A DNA stretch of 64,000 nucleotides from Hyphomicrobiales bacterium. Its GTDB lineage: Bacteria > Pseudomonadota > Alphaproteobacteria > Rhizobiales > JAKPQE01. The position numbers were made by a program, and so were the translations under genes. The DNA is taken from NCBI GenBank assembly GCA_041397845.1, contig JAWKVW010000006.1:6061-70060 (forward strand). The letters run 5' to 3'. The notes beneath the pieces are model-generated. The model was given only the letters and a program-made list of their open reading frames with translations. It ran no database searches and was not told where the DNA came from. Numbering within the stretch: the first letter of the stretch is position 1; every line of letters begins with the position of its first letter. Of the stretch, positions 44,676 through 54,623 are shown piece by piece.

Positions 44676-46817
44676 TTGATTCATACCGCCAGCGGCACCA
44701 CGCCGCTCATCGCCATTGATGCCGTCGTGCTCGACACGGAAACGACCGGCCTCGACACCAACAAGGCCCGTCTCGTGCAGATCGGCGCCGTCCGGCTGCG
44801 CAACGGCATCATCGCGACCGACGAGACGTTCGACACGCTGATTGATCCCGGCATTCCGATTCCGCCGGCAACGACGGCGATCCACCACATCGACGATGCC
44901 ATGGTGGTCGGGGCGCCGACCTTTCCGGACGTGCGCGAGAAGCTGCGCGAATTCATCGGCAGCTCGATCGTCATCGGCCACTCGATCGGCTTCGACCTGG
45001 CGATGCTGCGGCGGGAATGCAAGCTGGCAACGCTGATGTTCGCGGTGCCCCGCACGCTCGATACGCGCCTCCTTGCACAAATCGCCAACCCGAAGCTGCC
45101 GGACTTCTCGATGGAGATGATCGGCAAGTGGCTCGGCGTCGAGCTCTCCGACCGGCACACGGCGCTCGGCGATGCGATCGCGACAGCGAAACTGTTCCAG
45201 GCGCTCATTCCGAAGCTGCGCGAGGGCGGCATCCGCACCGTCGCCGAGGCCGAGAAAGCCTGCCGCCAGCTCACCGAAGTGCTTGAGGAGCACCAGCGTG
45301 CCGGCTGGATGGAACCGGTCGCGCCGCCGAGCCGGGCCGATGCCGAGCGTACCCTCGCCCGGCTCGACAGCTATCCCTACCGGCACCGGGTGCGCGACGT
45401 GATGAGCCGGACGCCAGCGATCATCGCGGCCGGCACGAGCCTCAACGATGCCATGCAGCAGATGGTCGAGCGGCGGATCTCCTCGGTCTTTGCCTGCGAG
45501 CGGATGCCGGCCGAGGGCGCGGCGCCGGAAGCGGGGAAAACCGGCATCATCACCGAGCGCGATGTCCTCAGGGCGATCGCCCTCAACGGCCCCGGCGCCC
45601 TCGTGCGGCCGGTCGGCGACTTCATGTCGAAGCCGCTCGCGGCCATCCCGGAAGAGGCGTTCATCTACCGCGCCGTCGGCCGCATGAGCCGGCTCAAGGT
45701 GCGCCATCTCGGCGTCACCAACGAGCGCGGCGAACTGGTCGGGGCGCTGTCGGCGCGCGACCTGCTGCGCCTTCGGGCCAGCGAGGCGATTTCGCTCGGC
45801 GACGAAATCGACGAGGCGGCCTCGGTACCGGAGCTTGGCGCTGCCTGGGCCAAGCTGCCGATGGTGGCGCGCAGCCTCGTCGAGGAAGACGTCGGCGCGC
45901 GCGAGGTCGCGGCCGTCATCAGCCGGGAAATCGGCGCCCTCGTGCGCAAGGCCGCGACGATGGCCGAGGCGCGGATGGAAACGTGTGGCCAGGGCCTGCC
46001 GCCGGTGCCCTATGCGCTGCTGGTGCTCGGCTCTGCCGGGCGCGGGGAAAGCCTCCTTTCCGCCGACCAGGACACGGCCATCGTCTATGAAAGCGGCGTG
46101 CCGGACGGGCCAGAGGACAGGTGGTTCGCGACCTTCTCGGCCCATGTCGGCGACATCCTGAACGAGGTCGGCCTGCCCTATTGCCGTGGCGGCGTGATGG
46201 CGCGAAACGCGGAATGGCGCGGCAGCCTTCAGACCTGGATGGAGCGGATCGACGGCTGGGTGCGGCGGTCGCGGCCGGAAGACCTGCTCTCCGTCGACAT
46301 CTTCTTCGATCTCCGGGTCGTCCACGGCGATGCCGGCCTTGGCCACAAGCTGCTGACGGAGGCCTATGGACGCGGCCACCGGGCGGCCGGCTTTGCCAAG
46401 CTGCTGGCGGAGATCGGCGACGCCTACCGGCCGCCGGTCAATTTCCTCGGCGGCTTCAAGACCGAGTTCGGCCGGCTCGACCTGAAGAAGGGCGGGCTCT
46501 TTCCCGTGGTCTCGGCGGCGCGGGTGCTGGCGATCCGGCACAATGTCGTGCGCCGGGCGACGAAGGACCGGCTCGATGCGCTGCGCAGCATGAACATCGG
46601 CGGCGAGACCGACCTTGCCCGGCTCAACGCCGCGCACGAGCTGGTGCTGCGGCTCATCCTGCGCCAGCAGGTTGCCGACAGCGTCGAGGGCCATCCGCTG
46701 TCCAGCTCGGTCCGGGTCCGGGATCTCGACCGCGTCGAGGCGGACGAACTGAAGGCAGCACTCACCGCGCTCGGCCATGCGATGGAGCTGGTTCGCGACC
46801 TCCTGTTCGCGCGATAG
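44676..46817 (+). CDS. DnaQ-like 3'-5' exonuclease / CBS pair / DUF294 nucleotidyltransferase-like fusion
   Basis: VVLDTETTGLDTNKARLVQIGAV...IGHSIGFDLAMLRRE (exonuclease); RVRDVMSRTPAIIAAGTSLNDAMQQM...HLGVTNERGELVGALSARDLLRL (CBS); ALLVLGSAGRGESLLSADQDTAIVYE (NTase). TTG start after GGGGGGAGGG. Confidence 0.88.
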   Translation: MIHTASGTTPLIAIDAVVLDTETTGLDTNKARLVQIGAVRLRNGIIATDETFDTLIDPGIPIPPATTAIHHIDDAMVVGAPTFPDVREKLREFIGSSIVIGHSIGFDLAMLRRECKLATLMFAVPRTLDTRLLAQIANPKLPDFSMEMIGKWLGVELSDRHTALGDAIATAKLFQALIPKLREGGIRTVAEAEKACRQLTEVLEEHQRAGWMEPVAPPSRADAERTLARLDSYPYRHRVRDVMSRTPAIIAAGTSLNDAMQQMVERRISSVFACERMPAEGAAPEAGKTGIITERDVLRAIALNGPGALVRPVGDFMSKPLAAIPEEAFIYRAVGRMSRLKVRHLGVTNERGELVGALSARDLLRLRASEAISLGDEIDEAASVPELGAAWAKLPMVARSLVEEDVGAREVAAVISREIGALVRKAATMAEARMETCGQGLPPVPYALLVLGSAGRGESLLSADQDTAIVYESGVPDGPEDRWFATFSAHVGDILNEVGLPYCRGGVMARNAEWRGSLQTWMERIDGWVRRSRPEDLLSVDIFFDLRVVHGDAGLGHKLLTEAYGRGHRAAGFAKLLAEIGDAYRPPVNFLGGFKTEFGRLDLKKGGLFPVVSAARVLAIRHNVVRRATKDRLDALRSMNIGGETDLARLNAAHELVLRLILRQQVADSVEGHPLSSSVRVRDLDRVEADELKAALTALGHAMELVRDLLFAR

Positions 46818-46925
46818 GGAAATACCGCACGGCTATCCCGGCCATCGGATTTCCTGCTAGGGTGCCGCCGGGCCGGCCGGCGAGTCGCCGGCCGCAGCTT
46901 TGGAACAGGCGACCAGGAGCGTCAG

Positions 46926-47351
46926 ATGTTCAAGGAATTCAAGGAATTCGCCGTCAAGGGCAATGTCATCGACATGGCTGTCGGCATCATGATCGGCGCG
47001 GCTTTCGGCGCCGTGGTCTCGACGCTCGTCGACAACATCATCATGCCGCCGATCGGCCTCATCCTCGGCAATTTCGACTTCTCGGAACTGTTCATCACGC
47101 TGAAGCAGGGCATGCCGGAAGGACCCTATGCGACGGTCCAGGCGGCCAAGGATGCCGGCGCCGTCACCTGGAACATCGGCCTCTTCATCAATGCGGTGAT
47201 CAAGTTCGTCATCATCTCGTTTGCGCTCTTCCTCGTGGTCAAGGGCATCAACCGGCTGAAGCGCGAGGAAGAGGCCAAGCCGGCCGAGCCGCCGGCACCG
47301 CCGCGCAACGAGCAGCTTCTCGAGGAAATCCGGGATCTTCTCAAGAAATGA
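46926..47351 (+). CDS. mscL: Large-conductance mechanosensitive channel
   Basis: [48 protein letters not shown]. Confidence 0.97.
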   Translation: MFKEFKEFAVKGNVIDMAVGIMIGAAFGAVVSTLVDNIIMPPIGLILGNFDFSELFITLKQGMPEGPYATVQAAKDAGAVTWNIGLFINAVIKFVIISFALFLVVKGINRLKREEEAKPAEPPAPPRNEQLLEEIRDLLKK

Positions 47352-48544
47352 GCGACGCGGCACTTCTCGCCGCCCTTCGCCCCGAGGCGCGCAACGCGCC
47401 GGGCAGCGGCATCGTCGAGGTCATGTCGTACGGCTTCGGCCGCGACGGCATGATTCCGCTCTGGGCCGGCGAGGGCGACCTGCCGACACCGGAGTTCATC
47501 CGCAAGGCGGCGATGGACTCACTTGCCGCCGGCGAGACCTTCTACACCTATCAGGGCGGCCTGCCGGCGCTGCGCGAGGCGATCGCCGCCTATCACGGCC
47601 GCCTTTATGGCGGCACTTTCGATCCGACCGAGTTTCTCGTCACCGGCTCGGGCATGCAGTCGATCAAGCTGGCGCTGGAGCTTGTTGCCGGGGCCGGCGA
47701 CGATGTCGTCATCCCGAGCCCGGCCTGGCCGAACATCACGGCAGCGGTCGGCGTTTTCGGGGCGCGGCCGGTGGAAGTGCCGATGGTGCTCGGCAATGCC
47801 GGCTGGAAGCTCGACCTCGACCAGCTCTTTGCCGCTTGCGGCGCCAGGGCGAAAGCGATTTTCCTCAACTCGCCGTGCAATCCGACGGGCTGGACGGCGA
47901 CGCGCGAGGAGCTTGTCGCGATCCTCGACTTTGCCCGCCAGCGCGGCATCTGGATCATCGCCGACGAGATCTATGCCCGCTTTTCCTATGGCCGCGACCG
48001 GTCGCCATCGTTCCGCGACGTCGCCGTGGCGGACGACCGCATTCTCTACGTCAACACCTTCTCCAAGAACTGGGCGATGACCGGCTGGCGCGTCGGCTGG
48101 CTCGGCGCGCCGAAGGCACTGGCGCCGACGATCGAGAACCTCATCCAGTATTCGACCTCGGGCGTTGCGGTCTTCATGCAGCGGGCCGCGATCGCCGCGC
48201 TCGATCAAGGCGAAGCATTCATTGCCGAACAGGTGGCACGGGCAGCGACCGGGCGCGACATCGTCTGCTCGGCGCTCGAGGCGACGGGCCAGGTTCGGCT
48301 GCAGCGGCCGGACGGCGCGTTCTACCTGTTCTTTGCCATCGACGGGGAGCCGGACACGCGCAAGCTCGGGCTCAGGCTGGTCGATGAAGCCAATATCGGC
48401 CTGGCGCCGGGCACCGCCTTCGGGGCCGGCGGCGACGGCTACCTGCGGCTCTGCTTTGCCCGTTCCGCCGACAGCCTATCGCGCGCGACCGGGCGGCTCG
48501 TCGAATGGCTGGAGCGCCGGCCGAAGGGCGGGTCGGGCCGATGA
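47348..48544 (+). CDS. Pyridoxal phosphate-dependent aminotransferase (class I/II)
   Basis: [22 protein letters not shown]...[21 protein letters not shown]...[13 protein letters not shown]...[17 protein letters not shown]; overlaps mscL by 4 nt. Confidence 0.94.
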   Translation: MSDAALLAALRPEARNAPGSGIVEVMSYGFGRDGMIPLWAGEGDLPTPEFIRKAAMDSLAAGETFYTYQGGLPALREAIAAYHGRLYGGTFDPTEFLVTGSGMQSIKLALELVAGAGDDVVIPSPAWPNITAAVGVFGARPVEVPMVLGNAGWKLDLDQLFAACGARAKAIFLNSPCNPTGWTATREELVAILDFARQRGIWIIADEIYARFSYGRDRSPSFRDVAVADDRILYVNTFSKNWAMTGWRVGWLGAPKALAPTIENLIQYSTSGVAVFMQRAAIAALDQGEAFIAEQVARAATGRDIVCSALEATGQVRLQRPDGAFYLFFAIDGEPDTRKLGLRLVDEANIGLAPGTAFGAGGDGYLRLCFARSADSLSRATGRLVEWLERRPKGGSGR

Positions 48545-48626
48545 GCCGCGATCCGCAAGGCGACACAGGAGCGCCGGCACCGGACCCCCAGACACGCTCC
48601 CGGTCACGGGGCGGGGAGACCTGCCC

Positions 48627-49241
48627 GTGACCGGCGGCGACACAGTCTTCATCGTCGACAGCGACGCCGATGACCGCGAGACGCTCGGAGCGCTGTTCGC
48701 GGCGGCCGGGTTCACGGTCGCGGCATTCGATTGTGGCGAAGCCCTGTTCGCGGCCGGCAGGACGGCGGCAAGGAGCTGCGTCGTCCTCGACATCGCAACG
48801 GCAACCTGCGGAACACCGGGCCTTGAGACGCTCGGCCGGCTGGTTGCCGAGGATGTGGCACGCCCCGTCATCGTCATCTCCGGACAGGGCGACATCCCGA
48901 CGGCGGTCGCGGCGATCAAGGAAGGGGCGCGCGATTTCATCGAGAAACCGATCGACGGCGAGCGGCTCGTCGAGCTGGTGCGATCGGCGCTCGCCGATTG
49001 CGCGGGCGCGCCGGCGGACGAGACCTGTCCCGATTTTCCGGGCCGGGCGCTGCTGACGCCGCGCGAGCAGCAGGTGCTCGGCCAGATCACCGCCGGGCAT
49101 TCCAACAAGGAGGCCGGCCGGCGCCTCGGCATCTCGCCGCGCACGGTCGAGGTGCACCGTGCCCGGATCATGGAAAAGCTCGGCGCCAAGAATGCCGCCG
49201 ACCTCGTGCGCATCGCGCTGACCGGCGGCAAGGCCGGCTGA
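48627..49241 (+). CDS. FixJ/LuxR-type response regulator
   Basis: VFIVDSDADDRETLGALFAAAGFTVAAFD...VIVISGQGDIPTAVAAIKEGARDFIEKPIDGERL; HTH LLTPREQQVLGQITAGHSNKEAGRRLGISPRTVEVHRARIMEKLGAKNAADLVRIAL. GTG start. Confidence 0.87.
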   Translation: MTGGDTVFIVDSDADDRETLGALFAAAGFTVAAFDCGEALFAAGRTAARSCVVLDIATATCGTPGLETLGRLVAEDVARPVIVISGQGDIPTAVAAIKEGARDFIEKPIDGERLVELVRSALADCAGAPADETCPDFPGRALLTPREQQVLGQITAGHSNKEAGRRLGISPRTVEVHRARIMEKLGAKNAADLVRIALTGGKAG

Positions 49242-49499
49242 GGCAAATCCCGCGGAAGGCCGGAAGGCCGGCGCTCCGCCATCCGCGTCCGGCCTTGACG
49301 TGCGTCAACGCGCGACCGCGCGACTGCCCCTAATTTCAGCATCGGAATCGGAGTGCCCTCTCCGGTGCCATCCTTGGCTGCCGGCTCCCAGCGGCGGCTT
49401 TCGAATCGTTTCCCCGCGCCGATGGCGTGTGCGGCTGCCGACAGGCCGATCCGACGGAGCATGCTTCGGCGGCTATTCTTGTTTTTCCATACGTGTTTT

Positions 49500-49516
49500 T
49501 ACGTAAGTAGGTCCCC
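49500..49516. promoter_or_regulatory. Candidate FixJ-like binding element upstream of the Crp/Fnr gene
   Basis: TACGTAAGTAGGTCCCC about 130 nt upstream of the ATG; similarity to FixJ-type boxes judged from memory only. Confidence 0.35.
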
Positions 49517-49648
49517 CAATGTCTCGACGCGGGACGTTTGGCTATGTTTTTTCACGGAAAAGCGCTTCCGGTCGCGTCGAACCACCGATTCCGGAATCGT
49601 CACTGCCCCAAAAATGGGCTAGAACGGTTCCTAAGAGGGCAAAAGACA

Positions 49649-50359
49649 ATGGCTTATCTCGACCGGCAGACGGCGACACAGGGCGACGGACTTAGCGAGT
49701 CGACACGCGGCGAGCGGGCATGGTCGGATTTCATGGCCTTGCCGCGCGTGAAGCGCCTGGCGCTCAGCGAACATGAAGCCGTGTTTTTCGAGGGCGACCG
49801 GGCCGACCGGTTGTTCGAAATCACCGACGGCGCGGTGATGCTCTACAAGCTGCTGCCGGACGGACGGCGGCAGGTGGTCGAGGTCCTGGGCAGCGGCGAC
49901 CTGCTCGGCCTGCAAGCCTCGCATCTTTACGACTGCTCGGCCGAGACGCTCATTCCCAGCCGGCTGCGGGCGATCGACCGGAACGACCTTGACACCTATC
50001 CGGAACTGCAAACCCATGTGAACCGCTGCCTGCTCGGGCAGTTGCAGACGATGCACGAGCACGCGGTGCTGCTCGGCCGCAAGTCGGCCTTCGAACGGGT
50101 GACGTCGTTCCTGATGCGCTTCGTGCCGAAGCGCGGTGCGATCGGCTGCGAGGGGCCGGTCAAGGGTTCGCCGGACGAGAAGGTCATCGTGCTGGCAATG
50201 ACCCGTCAGGAGATCGCCGACTATCTCGGCCTGACGATCGAGACGGTGTCGCGGGTGTTTTCCGACCTGCGCCGGCGCGGTCTCATCACCGCCGAAAAGC
50301 ATGATCGGGTGCGCATTCTCGACATCTGCGGCCTGTGCAAGCTGACCGGCACGCACTGA
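49649..50359 (+). CDS. Crp/Fnr-family transcriptional regulator (FnrN/FixK-like)
   Basis: LSEHEAVFFEGDRADRLFEITDGAVMLYKLLPDGRRQVVEVLGSGDLLGLQAS...VLAMTRQEIADYLGLTIETVSRVFSDLRRRGLI. Confidence 0.92.
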   Translation: MAYLDRQTATQGDGLSESTRGERAWSDFMALPRVKRLALSEHEAVFFEGDRADRLFEITDGAVMLYKLLPDGRRQVVEVLGSGDLLGLQASHLYDCSAETLIPSRLRAIDRNDLDTYPELQTHVNRCLLGQLQTMHEHAVLLGRKSAFERVTSFLMRFVPKRGAIGCEGPVKGSPDEKVIVLAMTRQEIADYLGLTIETVSRVFSDLRRRGLITAEKHDRVRILDICGLCKLTGTH

Positions 50360-50398
50360 CGGCCGCGGCCGCCCGCCTTCCCGCTTTTACATTCCCGC

Positions 50399-51847
50399 TC
50401 AGGGCTCAGCCGCCGTGCCGGCCTCCTGCGTCAGCAGGATGACGAAGGTCGCGCCGGGGGTTCCGTCCTTCAGCGCGAGCGTCCCGCCATGGGCGCGCAC
50501 GAGTTCGGCGGCAATCGCCAGGCCAAGGCCGGTGCCACCAGGACGGGCCGAGCCCTCGAAGGCCCGGAACAGGTTTTCGCGGGCCTTTTTCGGCACGCCG
50601 GGGCCGGTGTCGGTGACCTCGATGCGCACGCCACGGCTTTCCCGACCGGCAGCAATCGCCAGCCGCCGGATGATGGCGGGATCGTCCTCGCCCTCCATCG
50701 CCTGAACGGCATTGCGGCAGAGATTGACGAGGACGCGGAAGAGCTGTTCCGGGTCGGCCTCGATCTCAAGGCCCTCCGGCACCTGATTTTCGAAGGCAAT
50801 CGTCGGATGCTCGCGCAAGGTGAGAACCTCGGCGACGTCCTCGACGAGGCGGTCGAGCGCGAGCAGGCGGCGAACCGGCGGCTGCTCCTCGGCCCGGCCA
50901 TAGGTCAGCGTCGACTGGCAATAGGCAATGGCGCGGTCGAGGGCGCCGATGAGCTTTGGCGCAAAGCGCTGCACCGTCGGATCGGGCAAGGCGGTCAGGC
51001 GATCGGAAAAGAGCTGCGCCGAGGCGAGCAGGTTGCGCAGGTCGTGATTGATCTTGGAGACGGCAAGGCCGACATCGGCCAGGCGGCGCTGCTGCTTCAG
51101 CGTGCCGGCGAGCTGGCGCTGCATGGCGGCAAGACGTTCCTCGGCAAGGCCGACCTCGTCGTCCCGCCGGCTCGGCACGATGATGCGCGAGGGGTCTTCC
51201 GGGGCCTCGCTGAACCGGGCCATGGCGCCGGTCAGCCGGCGCATCGGGCGCACGAAAAGTCCGTTGAGACTGAAGAAGACGAGCGCCGCCGTGACCAGCG
51301 AGATGACCAGCGACAGCACGAGGATATTGCGCGAATAGCGCATCATCGCCTGACGCAGCGGCGTTTCGGAGAGGATGACCTCGAGGAACTCGCCGCCGCG
51401 CGGCGGCGCGCCGATGACGCGGATGGTGCGCTCGCCACCGACGACCAGCGTCTCGAATGCGTCGGCAATCGCGGTCAGCGGCCGGGCATCGCGCAAATCG
51501 ACGTCGCGGGCAATCATTGCCGGCATTTCCGACATGGCGAGCAGGCGGCGCATGCCTTCGCTGCGCACCGCGACGGCCTCGGCGCCGATTGCCTTCAGCA
51601 GCTCGGTGCGCATGTCCTCGTTCAGCGACAGGTCGTTGCCTTCATGCTCGAGCAGCAGCGCGGCGACATTGGCGGTGGCGAGGCGGTCGCGCAGCCAGGT
51701 CAGCCGATAATTGGCGACCGAGGGCACGAAAATCGTCACTTCGGCGACCATGACAAAGACGATGGTGAGGACGAGCAGCTTGACGGACAGCCCCCGGAAG
51801 GGCCGCCGCCGGCGTTCGCTCGTCATGGCATCTTGGCTTTCGGTCAT
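50399..51847 (-). CDS. Sensor histidine kinase with periplasmic and HAMP-like regions
   Basis: N-terminal TM, second TM ILVLSLVISLVTAALVFFSLNGLFVRPMRRLT; KINHDLRNLLASAQLFSDRLT; VLVNLCRNAVQAM; VTDTGPGVP; GGTGLGLAIAAELVRAHGG. Confidence 0.93.
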   Translation of the reverse strand: MTESQDAMTSERRRRPFRGLSVKLLVLTIVFVMVAEVTIFVPSVANYRLTWLRDRLATANVAALLLEHEGNDLSLNEDMRTELLKAIGAEAVAVRSEGMRRLLAMSEMPAMIARDVDLRDARPLTAIADAFETLVVGGERTIRVIGAPPRGGEFLEVILSETPLRQAMMRYSRNILVLSLVISLVTAALVFFSLNGLFVRPMRRLTGAMARFSEAPEDPSRIIVPSRRDDEVGLAEERLAAMQRQLAGTLKQQRRLADVGLAVSKINHDLRNLLASAQLFSDRLTALPDPTVQRFAPKLIGALDRAIAYCQSTLTYGRAEEQPPVRRLLALDRLVEDVAEVLTLREHPTIAFENQVPEGLEIEADPEQLFRVLVNLCRNAVQAMEGEDDPAIIRRLAIAAGRESRGVRIEVTDTGPGVPKKARENLFRAFEGSARPGGTGLGLAIAAELVRAHGGTLALKDGTPGATFVILLTQEAGTAAEP

Positions 51848-51887
51848 GCCTGTCGCGGGTCTTTTCGGCGTATTGCCGCCAGATCGT

Positions 51888-53312
51888 TCAGCCGAAGCGG
51901 CGCAGAAACGCGATGATGCGGCGCGTCCAGGGGCTCGTCAAACTCGGGGTGTAGTAGGTAATGGCGGCACGGCGGGCAACCTCGGCACGGGTCGGGTAAG
52001 GAAAGACGAGGCCGGCGAGCGCGCCGACCTTCATCTTGCGGGCAACAGCCATGGCATAGAGCGGGATGAGCTCGCCGGCATCGCGGCCGACGACACCGGC
52101 GCCGACGATGCGGCCGCGCTTCGTCGCGATGATCTTGGCAAAGCCATGCCGGTCGCCTTCGGCGGTCGCCCGGTCGTTCTCGGCAAAGGGCCAGCGCAGC
52201 ACCCGGATCTCGCCATGCCGCTCGCGCGCCGCCGCTTCGCCGAGGCCGACGAAGGCAAGTTCGGGATCGGTGTAGGTGGTCCAGGGGATGATGTCACGGC
52301 GCTCGCTGACCGGCAGGCGGAAGAGGATCGCGCGCAGCACGAGGCCGGCGTGATAGTTGGCGACGTGGGTGAACTGATAGCTGCCGGCGACGTCGCCAAT
52401 GGCGTAGACGCGGCGATTGGTGGTGCGAAGACCAGTGTCGACGGCGATGCCGCGCTCGCCGAGCGCGACGCCGGCAAGCTCCAGGCCGAGATCCTCGACA
52501 TTGGGCCGGCGGCCGGCGGCGACCAGCAGATGGCTGCCGACAAGGGTCTCGACGCCGTCGCCCGCGGCAAGCTCGAGGGCAACGCCGGCGCCGTCGCGGC
52601 GGGCCGAGAGGATGCGGACGCCCTCGCGCAGCTCCACCCCGTCACGGCGAAGGGCATCGACGACGATCGCGGCAAGCTCAGGATCATCACGCGAGAGCGC
52701 GGCGGCGGCCTCGAGCACCACGACCTCGGCGCCAAGGCGGCGGAAGGCCTGCGCCAGTTCCATGCCGATCGGGCCGCCGCCGAGCACGAGCAGGCGGCGC
52801 GGCAGTTCGGTGAGCCCGAAGATGGTCTCGTTGGTCAGGAACGGCACTTCGGCTAGGCCGGGGATCGGGGGAATGCCGGCCCTCGACCCGGTGGCGATGA
52901 CGAAGCGGCGGGCACGGATGGTTTCGCCGCCGGCGGCGACGGTGTCGGGGCCGGTGAACCGGGCGGCGGCGCGGATGACCCGGACGCCGAGGCCGGCAAA
53001 GCGTTCCTCGGAATCGTTCGGCGCGATCTCGCCGATGACGCCGTGGACGTGGGCCATGACCCTCGCGAAATCGACTTGCGGCTCACCGGCGTCGATACCG
53101 AAGCGGCCGGCGGCACGGATGGCGGCAGCGGCGCGCGCGGCGGATATCAACGCCTTGGACGGCACGCAGCCGGGGTTGAGGCAATCGCCGCCCATGCGGT
53201 CCTTCTCGACGAGGACAACGGAGACGCCGAAGGCAGCGGCAGCTGCGGCGACCGACAGGCCGCCTGAGCCGGCGCCGATGACGCAGATATCGGGGCGAAG
53301 CTCGGCTGCCAT
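51888..53312 (-). CDS. FAD-dependent pyridine nucleotide-disulfide oxidoreductase (mercuric reductase / dihydrolipoamide dehydrogenase-like)
   Basis: DICVIGAGSGGLSVAAAAAAFGVSVVLVEKDRMGGDCLNPGCVPSKALI; TNRRVYAIGDVAGSYQFTHVANYHAGLV; WTTYTDPELAFVG. Confidence 0.92.
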   Translation of the reverse strand: MAAELRPDICVIGAGSGGLSVAAAAAAFGVSVVLVEKDRMGGDCLNPGCVPSKALISAARAAAAIRAAGRFGIDAGEPQVDFARVMAHVHGVIGEIAPNDSEERFAGLGVRVIRAAARFTGPDTVAAGGETIRARRFVIATGSRAGIPPIPGLAEVPFLTNETIFGLTELPRRLLVLGGGPIGMELAQAFRRLGAEVVVLEAAAALSRDDPELAAIVVDALRRDGVELREGVRILSARRDGAGVALELAAGDGVETLVGSHLLVAAGRRPNVEDLGLELAGVALGERGIAVDTGLRTTNRRVYAIGDVAGSYQFTHVANYHAGLVLRAILFRLPVSERRDIIPWTTYTDPELAFVGLGEAAARERHGEIRVLRWPFAENDRATAEGDRHGFAKIIATKRGRIVGAGVVGRDAGELIPLYAMAVARKMKVGALAGLVFPYPTRAEVARRAAITYYTPSLTSPWTRRIIAFLRRFG

Positions 53313-54110
53313 CAGTTCACCCCCTCACCTGCCCTCGAGCGTGTGCGACGCCACTTCTTCAGGACAACCGGGACAAGGGCAACGAGACCGAGGGCGAGGA
53401 AGGCAAGGATGAGCTCGGGCGTGACGAGGGCGGAGGGGTCGAGCGTCACGGTAGGCCGGATCGGCGGCGCACTCGGGATTGGCGGCGCGCTGGGCGGCAA
53501 CGACGCTATCAAGGCCGGCGCCGAGGAAGGAATAGGCCGCCGTGCCCGGGATGATGCCGATGAAGGTGGCAAGGAAGAAGGTGCGCAGCGGCACTTCGAG
53601 CAGCGCCGGGGCGAGATTGACCAGCCAGAACGGAAAGGCCGGCACGAGGCGCAGGAACAGGAGATAGCCGAAGGCATCCTCGCGAAAGCCGGCGCCAAGG
53701 CGCGACAGGAAGGGTCCGGCGCGGGCAGCAAGGACAGCGCCGAGGGATGAGCGCGCTGCAAGGAAGAGAAGCGTTGCGCCGATGGTCGCGGCAAAGACCG
53801 TGAGGAGCGCGCCGACGACCCAGCCGAAGAGCACGGCGCCGGCGATGGTCAGGATGCTGGCGCCGGGCAATGACAGGGCAACGGTCGCGACATAGACGGC
53901 GAAATAGACGGCAAGGGCGAGAAAGCGGTTGTCGGCGACGAAGGTCGCCAGCGCCTCGCGATATTCGATGAGCGAGGCGAGCGACAGGTAGCGGTGCCAG
54001 CCCATGGCGAAGGCCAGGACCATCGCGGCGAGAATGACGACGAGCGGCAGGGCGCGCAACAGGGCACTGCCGGTGCGCCGCTCCTTGCCATATGCGCTTT
54101 CGCTCGCCAT
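53312..54110 (-). CDS. TVP38/TMEM64-family membrane protein, apparent frameshift near 53475
   Basis: ALSLPGASILTIAGAVLFGWVVGALLTVFAATIGATLLFLAAR...LRLVPAFPFWLVNLAPALLEVPLRTFFLATFIGIIPGTAAYSFLGAGLDS. The C-terminal LILAFLALGLVALVPVVLKKWRR is in the frame of ORF 53312..53794. Confidence 0.87.
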
Positions 54111-54271
54111 TGCCGATACTTTCCGAATTTCCGGTTTGCCTTGATCGATTTTGCCAGAATAGTCCGGCGCTCCGGCCTCGGCACCCGATTTCGGCCGCTC
54201 TCACCGTCATTTGAAGGCTGACGGCGAGGCCATCACCGCTTCGTGATGGGCGGGAGAAGAGCCGGCGCACG

Positions 54272-54300
54272 TTGACTTTGCGCCACCCACTCCGTATAAG
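54272..54300 (+). promoter_or_regulatory. Candidate sigma-70-type promoter upstream of rpmH
   Basis: TTGACT - 17 nt - TATAAG. Confidence 0.65.
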
Positions 54301-54427
54301 CCCGCTCGAATGGACGATCGTGTCCCGCAGTGCCCGTTCAGGGCACGATGTCGGTTAGCCAACCACGGACACGCGGCCGCATCCGAAAAAAGAGATTTCG
54401 AGGAGCCGCTTCCGGCGGAACAGAACT

Positions 54428-54562
54428 ATGAAACGGACCTATCAGCCCAGCAAGCTCGTCCGCAAGCGCCGCCACGGCTTCCGCGCCCGCATGGCGACGG
54501 AAGGCGGCCGCAAGGTCATCGCGGCCCGTCGGGCTCGCGGGCGCAAGCGCCTCTCGGCCTGA
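54428..54562 (+). CDS. rpmH: 50S ribosomal protein L34
   Basis: Direct translation [44 protein letters not shown]; too short for the ORF track. Confidence 0.97.
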   Translation: MKRTYQPSKLVRKRRHGFRARMATEGGRKVIAARRARGRKRLSA

Positions 54563-54623
54563 CCGGACGGCGCCGGCGGACAGGGGTTCGCAGGCGCGGC
54601 CGGCGGCGCGGAGCTTCTTTGCG

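Noticed and set aside
40227-46778. 2183-aa minus-strand ORF
   Set aside because: Only 40227..43736 encodes recognisable protein. The N-terminal ~1000 residues are antisense to mature-looking genes on the plus strand and are Arg/Pro/Ala-rich shadow sequence typical of high GC DNA.
54128-54150. FNR/FixK box near TTGATCGATTTTGCC
   Set aside because: Right half does not match the expected TTGAT-N4-ATCAA palindrome.
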